Part shown: one piece after another, positions 58,101 to 64,000 of the stretch
How positions within the stretch are numbered: position 1 is the first letter of the stretch
Layout of the letters: each line of letters opens with the position of its first letter
From: Callorhinchus milii
Lineage: Eukaryota
Direction of reading: 5' to 3'
DNA: 64,000 nucleotides
Assembly: GCF_018977255.1 (NCBI RefSeq)
Contig: NW_024704750.1
Location: 7,688,001 to 7,752,000, forward strand
Program-made: the position numbers and the translations under genes
The notes under the pieces: model-generated
What the model saw: only the letters and a program-made list of their open reading frames with translations
The model's database searches: none
What the model was told of the DNA's origin: nothing

Positions 58101-58440
58101 GCAGTATTTAAATACTGAGGGTGTGTTGCATTGTCAGAGATGCTGTCCTTCAAATGAGACGAGGTCCTGACTGTCTGTTCAGGTGGACGTTTAAGATCCT
58201 GTGGCATTAATCAAAAGAGAAGGGGGTTTCTCCCGTTGCCCTAGTCAACAAATTCCCCAAAGAAACCCAGTCACTCACTCCATGGCTGTTTGTGGGACAC
58301 TGCTGTGTGCAAACAGATTGCTGAGTTTTGCCCACAAATTACACGGTCAATCCACTTTACAGCATATCCCATGAAACGCTTTTGAGATGTTTTGACGGCG
58401 TGATAAGGTGCTACGCCAAACGCAAGGATTATTATCATTA
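58101..58440 (+). mobile_element. Deu-domain-like SINE, 5'-truncated
   Basis: TTCAGGTGGACGTTTAAGATCCTGTGGCA core homologous to the copy at 11128, followed by the shared SINE tail. Confidence 0.65.
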
Positions 58441-58748
58441 TCACAGCCCGCTGCGCTGAGTGCGGGAGTCGAGGCAGGAAATCCATATTAGCTTTCAAGA
58501 GAGAACTAGATATATGGGAGCGGGGAGGGAAAGGCGGGTAGAGGGGACTGAATCAACCGTACCACAATTTTGTGCGCAATGACCCTAAGGTAGAATTTCT
58601 AGCCATTTAGAATGGGCTGCAGGTGAGTGGCCCAGCAGCCGGAGGGAGAGCTGCGGTACTGAAAGGCTTTGCAGGTCTCCCATATGTGGTGTGGTGGTGG
58701 TGGCTGGAGTGTGTGTACAACAGGCAGTGAGTGAGTGAGTGAGTGAGT

Positions 58749-59089
58749 GAGTCCTGTAGCTCAGTGGTTACAGCACTCGCTTTGCAAGCGAGTAGACCCG
58801 AGTTCAATTCCAGGCAGGGGGCGAAACCTTGGGCAAGTTTCCTTACTCCGCACAGAGCCTAATCACCCTCCAAAAAAAAAAAACCAAACAATAATAAAAT
58901 CGGGTCATTTTCAATCCACGTCCGTTTGCGGGGACACGGCCGCGCGCCATCGGCTGCCGCGTTCGCCCGCGCGCAAAAAAAAAAATGCAGTCGGTTCACT
59001 TTACAGTGTGCGTTCTGCGAAGCGCTTTGGGACGCGAAAAGCGTTATATCGAATGCAAAGATGATGATGATGATTATTATTATTATTAT
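58749..59089 (+). mobile_element. tRNA(Ala)-derived SINE, full length, CpG-rich, abutting the STYX promoter
   Basis: Same head, body and tail as 14484-14789; ends in (GAT)n(ATT)n. Confidence 0.9.
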
Positions 59090-59099
59090 CACTGGTGAC

Positions 59100-59780
59100 T
59101 GTGGGTGATTGACTGAGAGCGGCTGCTGGAGGCGGGGTTTGTGCGTCAACGTGCGCGCGGTGGGCCCGCGCCTGCGTGGTGACGTCGTTGATGTCGGTCG
59201 TCGTCGTCAGCGGCGGCGGCGGCAGCACCACCACCACCACCACCATGGCGGCGGCGCGTGTGCTGTCCGGCCCCGAGCTTCACTCCACATAACAGCGAGG
59301 TTTTCTTTATTTTTTTTAAAAAAAAAACCCTCCCTCCCGCCACTCAAATAATAAATACTGTTCGGTAAAGCCTCTCTGAGAGATGGATGAAGTGCATTTG
59401 GAGTTCCCGTCTTTACCGTCTTCCAGGGAAGACGTTGGGGTAGGCGACCGACCGACCGACCGACCGGTGCCCTGTTTCGGCCTAAAGTTGTGAACAAAGC
59501 CGCCGGCTCTGAGCCTGAGAGGGCGGGCGGGCGTGCGGTTGGGCGGGATGCGGGAGCTGGGGAGGAGGGGAGCGGGGATTAGGCCGTCACCGGGAGTGTC
59601 TCGTGGACAACCTGTGAGGAGGGGGAACCGAGCGCCTGTCTCTCCTCCGGTGGCGGTTGAAGCTCCCCCGGGGGGTGGGGGGGGGCGGCGGCGGCGGCTT
59701 CTCGCGCTCCTTTTGTGCTTCGTTCGGTTCGTGTCGACTTCGCCTCTTCTCGTCGAGCAGAACCAGGAAGAAGCTGCGAC
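59100..59780 (+). promoter_or_regulatory. CpG island promoter of STYX
   Basis: GC- and CpG-rich region around exon 1, with CRE-like TGACGTCG at 59180-59187. Confidence 0.7.
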
Positions 59781-62700
59781 AAATATATAATATATATATA
59801 TATATATATATACACACGTTTTATTTTAACGTCAACGTGTGGGCTATTGTGCTTTATTGTGTTTTTTTTTAAAAAAAGGAAACCCGCATAAATACACCGA
59901 CTGAGGTTTAAATGAGCCGTAAAAACCGCTTCAAACACGTGAGAATTGAGAAATTGACCGCAAAACCAACTATCTCTTATTTTTTCACCCCCCTCCCCCT
60001 CCCCCCACCTCCTGCCGTGGGTGTTTTGCTTTTTTTTTAAAAAAAATGCGAACAGTATTAAGTGAATTGGGTTGGAGTGCAGTGGTGCCTTTTTGTGTCA
60101 GAAACCCCCCCAAGTTTAAACGTATTTGTACTTGAACTCAAGTCAGGTTGAGGAAGAGGTTACACACACACACACACACACCCTCTGAGGGACTCGTCCT
60201 GTTCCACAGTGAGTGATTGAGAACCAGGGGAAAGGTGATCAGCAATCTTCTGGGTTGGAAGAGGGAATGGAGAAGCTTCGACAGTTTGTATGAATATCCC
60301 ATAAGGATGTCCATAAATGGTTTTGATACTGTTACCCCGGGTTTATCGAATGCCACTATAAACTTCATCACGTTTAGTTCAAGTGCTTTGAAGCCACACT
60401 TTATTATAATTTTCCCCCCGTGGTTTATGCCTTTAATTTGCCCGATACATTTCATGTGACAGGAATGTTAAATGTTCTGACTTTTTCCTAATCAGCAAAG
60501 AAAAAGGCAGGAGATTTACATTGGCCATTTGTACCAGACTGACGTGAATCTCTTGTTTTTCAGCCCCTAACCAAGTTTTGCTCCAAACAATCATTGGAGT
60601 AAGTAACTTCACATATTTATACTTGACAGTTTCCAGTGATCAGCTGAAAACTTGCAGCAAATGTGAATTTGCAGCTCTAGTATAAATGGGGCATTTGTGC
60701 TGCTTTCAAATTTGGCTCTGAAGCAAATAGATTTGAGTGAAGCTAATATAAACAATCCAATCTAAATCCCTGCTGGTCTGTTTGCCTGACACAGGCCTAT
60801 TCAGCCTACATTTGTGTGCATATGTCAGGCCAATAATTTGATAACATCCAGCGTTTGTACTGCTTTCGAGCTGAGGTGTGTGTAAATGTAAGGTCACTTC
60901 AGTGTGTAACTTGATAAACCCAGAATTAATTGAGCATAAACTATTCTAGTTCTTGGGATCCAGAAGGTCCACTTAGAAATTCTGAGAATCCTCAGCTGTA
61001 AATTTAAGGAGTGATGCATCCAAAATTTAGTGTGGTGCTATTTTGAAACTTATGTACTGCTATAGGGATACTAAGATTTTAAATATTCTCCATCTAATTA
61101 TTGATCTCATCATCCCACTGTAACTAAATGTGTGACTTATGTAAAAGCAGAAATATCTTTTGAAAAAATGCACTTTTTGTTGGTTAGTTGGGTGTATGAC
61201 AAATGTGGAAATGCATCACCATGCTAAGATTATCTAAAACAGCATGAATTCTGTGTGTGCCACCCACACATGGAAATATCCATGTCTGGAATGGGAGGCA
61301 ATTTGTAAACCTTAATCTGGAGAGTATTAGGGAATAATTGAGTATCAGTATTGAGTTAATGTTTCATTAGTCAGTCACCTCAGTTTACTTTTGCGTAAAG
61401 GAATGTTCCTAAATCGTAATCGTGATATTAAAAGCCTGTTTGTTATTGAAGATATTAAAAGTGGTTTACGTGAAGATACCACTTTGTATCTGCACTTGAT
61501 GAATTGTTTTTGCATAATTACATTTGTTAATATTTAAGAAACTTATCTACAACCTTTAGTGCATGCAATTAAGTAAGCCACTTGCCATCAATTTTTTAAA
61601 TTAAAAGACAACTAACCTCCTTGCCTCCCCACCCCAGAGCCAACTCTATTCTGAAATTAGGTTCTATCTTTTAAATAAACTGTTGCATTTATCAAATTTA
61701 TGGATCACCTGTATCAAAACATTATGTTTTATACACTGATCAATAAGATCCTACACAAAGTACTGCAAACCTTTTAAACTGCATTTTTATCTTCTCTGCC
61801 CACATTTGTCTTCATTTTTTATGTACTCTTACATTTTAAAGTTTTTGAAGGACCTCTCTCATTTTAAAAAGGACCTAACAAGTTCAGGTCAATGAAATGC
61901 AAGTGAACGAGTGAGCTTCTTGCCTAGACTTAATTCGTAAAAGAAATTTAAAGGAAAGTGGCTGATAAAACGATGTGTAGTTTTAATCATTCTTGTTGAA
62001 TGTAGCAAGGCATATCAGACACTTACTATTTGTTTGGCAGATGAATCTTTTGAAATAATAGTTACATGAAAGATAACTAGAGTATTGGGAAGCAGCTGAT
62101 GAAACTCACAGAGGGTGTAAGGCACTTCTGGGGAGAAGATTTACTATATTTATCTAAAATTTTAGATTTGATGAATTCAATTTAACTTTGCAGCCGGTTT
62201 TCTGTAGTTTTTAAAAGATTTTATAGAAAATTGGCTTCAATATTAAATTGACAAATCTGGATGCTTTAAAATACTACATAAATAGAATAATTCTAGACTC
62301 GAGTGTAATTTCTCTCTTTTTAACTATGGTTTTAATTTCAACCCAGAAAAATATTCTCTAAATGTTAAATTCTACAGTAGATTTTTCACATTAACAAGGA
62401 TTCTCTGGTGTACTCAGATGTGGTATTTTATACAATTTTGTTTCTTTTTCATTTAGGATTGGATGTATCCAATGAGACGAGAAATGCAGGTATTTATTGC
62501 ATTTTATATTTTTTTTCATGTTGCTGTGAAGCTTAATTTCTTTGTTTAACTAGTAGTATCCTACTTTCACCTTCTTTCAAAAGATCTAAGTTGCAGTTCC
62601 TGATTGAAGCCTATTCCAGGGTATTAAAATTCACTAATATATTGAGTTTAATGACCTACAACTAATAATATAATAATAATCCTTGCATTTGATATAGCGC

Positions 62701-64000
62701 TTTTCATGTCTTCTAGACGTCTTGAAGAGCTTCACAGAATAGACTGTAAAGTGAATTGACTGTATATTTGTGGCCAAAACGCGGCAACCAATTGCGCACA
62801 GCCGTGTCCCACAAACAGTCGTGGATTGAAAATGACCCATTTTATTATTGCTTTGTTTTGGAGCGATTATTACTCCCAACTGTAGAGTGGATGCTCTCAA
62901 TGTGCTGTGATATTTGTGTCATTTGTTTTAATCAGTTACCGACTGTTTCTAATTGTAACGTTTCTTCTTAGGAGATCCTTCCTGGTTTATATCTAGGCCC
63001 TTATTCTGCAGCTATGAAAAGTAAGGTATGAACTTTGAGAAATAAAATCAAGTATATGGTGTGCTGAATAACAGGAAGCAAAAACCCACTTTTGTTTTGA
63101 GAAAACTCTTTTTTGTAGAATTTAACTAATTAAAAAGAGACATTTTTGTAATACACTTGTGGAGGAGGGGGGCGTTATATTGCTACTTTATCGTGATTTG
63201 TGAGCACTTTACATATGACTGCTTAACACTTATGTGTAACAAAATGTATTGAAAATTAAAAGGTTCGAGCAGCGGGTGTGGTAAAGAGAGTGTTAGAATG
63301 AGTTTAGTTCTTCAAGATTGTTTGCTTAATTGTATTGAGAAGCATTTCTTGCCATTCCCACTTGCAGTATAATGCTGCCTCTGTAGTCTCTTAATACTGC
63401 TTGGGCAACTTCCCCCCAAGAGGTAGTTCAGCATCAATAGCCAAAAAAAGTCAGGCAAGTAAATAAGTTCATTGTTAATTAGTAAAAGTTGAAATTGTTA
63501 AATTGTATGTATATTAGTAAGAAATAAAGTTAATGGCAGCATAAACAGAACAAAAGAAAAGATGGGATAAGCAAAAATAAAATGTTTATGTTTACATTTT
63601 TACATCGAAACAAATTACAACATTGAATGTCATGGCACAGAAACCAGCCAACTATTCCGTGGCAGAGTTTTTTTTACTTCGTATGAGTCTTCTCAACTTA
63701 ATCTGTCATGTATGCCTATGTATTACATGACAGCTGTATTCAACAAAGAATGCATGTCAGTTAGATTATTTCTACAGTTTTCAAGTTGCTATGAAAATTC
63801 ATCCCTAATAATTCTGCTGTGGATTAGTTTCAGTTTAAGTAGATGGCAAGAGCTGATCCTTGAAACACATATATCCACTTTCATGATTTTTGAAAACCTT
63901 TTAGAATGAAATGTTTTGAGTAAAATGTGTAAATGTTTATTTGCAGTTGCCTATTCTTGAAGAAAATGGAATAACTCACATAATATGTGTAAGGCAAGAC
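59383..64000 (+). CDS. STYX: Serine/threonine/tyrosine-interacting protein (pseudophosphatase), 5' part; exons 1-4, truncated at the window end
   Basis: Exons 59383-59439 (MDEVHLEFPSLPSSREDVG), 62457-62489 (DWMYPMRREMQ), 62972-63025 (EILPGLYLGPYSAAMKSK), 63947-64000+ (LPILEENGITHIICVRQD). Matches the STYX N-terminus and lies downstream of PSMC6 as in mammals. Confidence 0.93.
62666..62855 (-). mobile_element. 5'-truncated SINE (3' half)
   Basis: Homologous to the 3' half of the copies at 14484 and 58749. Confidence 0.85.

Noticed and set aside
58749-58820. tRNA-Ala(TGC)-like sequence (also near 14720-14789, 923-995 and 1-41)
   Set aside because: It lacks a proper acceptor stem and runs straight into the SINE body, so it is a SINE head rather than a tRNA gene.

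Overview
Intron-rich vertebrate genomic DNA, most likely from a cartilaginous fish. The tRNA-Ala-headed SINE, Deu-domain SINEs and L2/CR1 LINE fragments resemble elephant shark (Callorhinchus milii) repeats; the species is an inference. Five genes lie in the same order and orientation as human 14q22.1: TXNDC16 (-, 19 coding exons, ~832 aa), GPR137C (+, 7 exons, 422 aa), ERO1A (-, 16 exons, 473 aa), PSMC6 (+, 14 exons, 389 aa) and the first four coding exons of STYX (+, cut by the window end). Exons were read by hand at GT-AG sites, and the four complete genes give intact frames. There are four CpG-rich promoters, one of them bidirectional. I found no unequivocally new biological system. The best leads are: (1) an exposed C-terminal HSEL ER-retrieval motif on TXNDC16; (2) strongly AT->GC-shifted transposon copies next to promoters; (3) a GPR137C uORF that a one-unit change in a TG microsatellite would turn into an N-terminal extension; (4) a perfect-Kozak uORF in STYX; (5) a ~670-bp tandem duplication with asymmetric CpG decay; (6) an intronic cluster of four TGACGT cores; (7) two intronic hairpins; (8) 9-nt and 27-nt ERO1A microexons.
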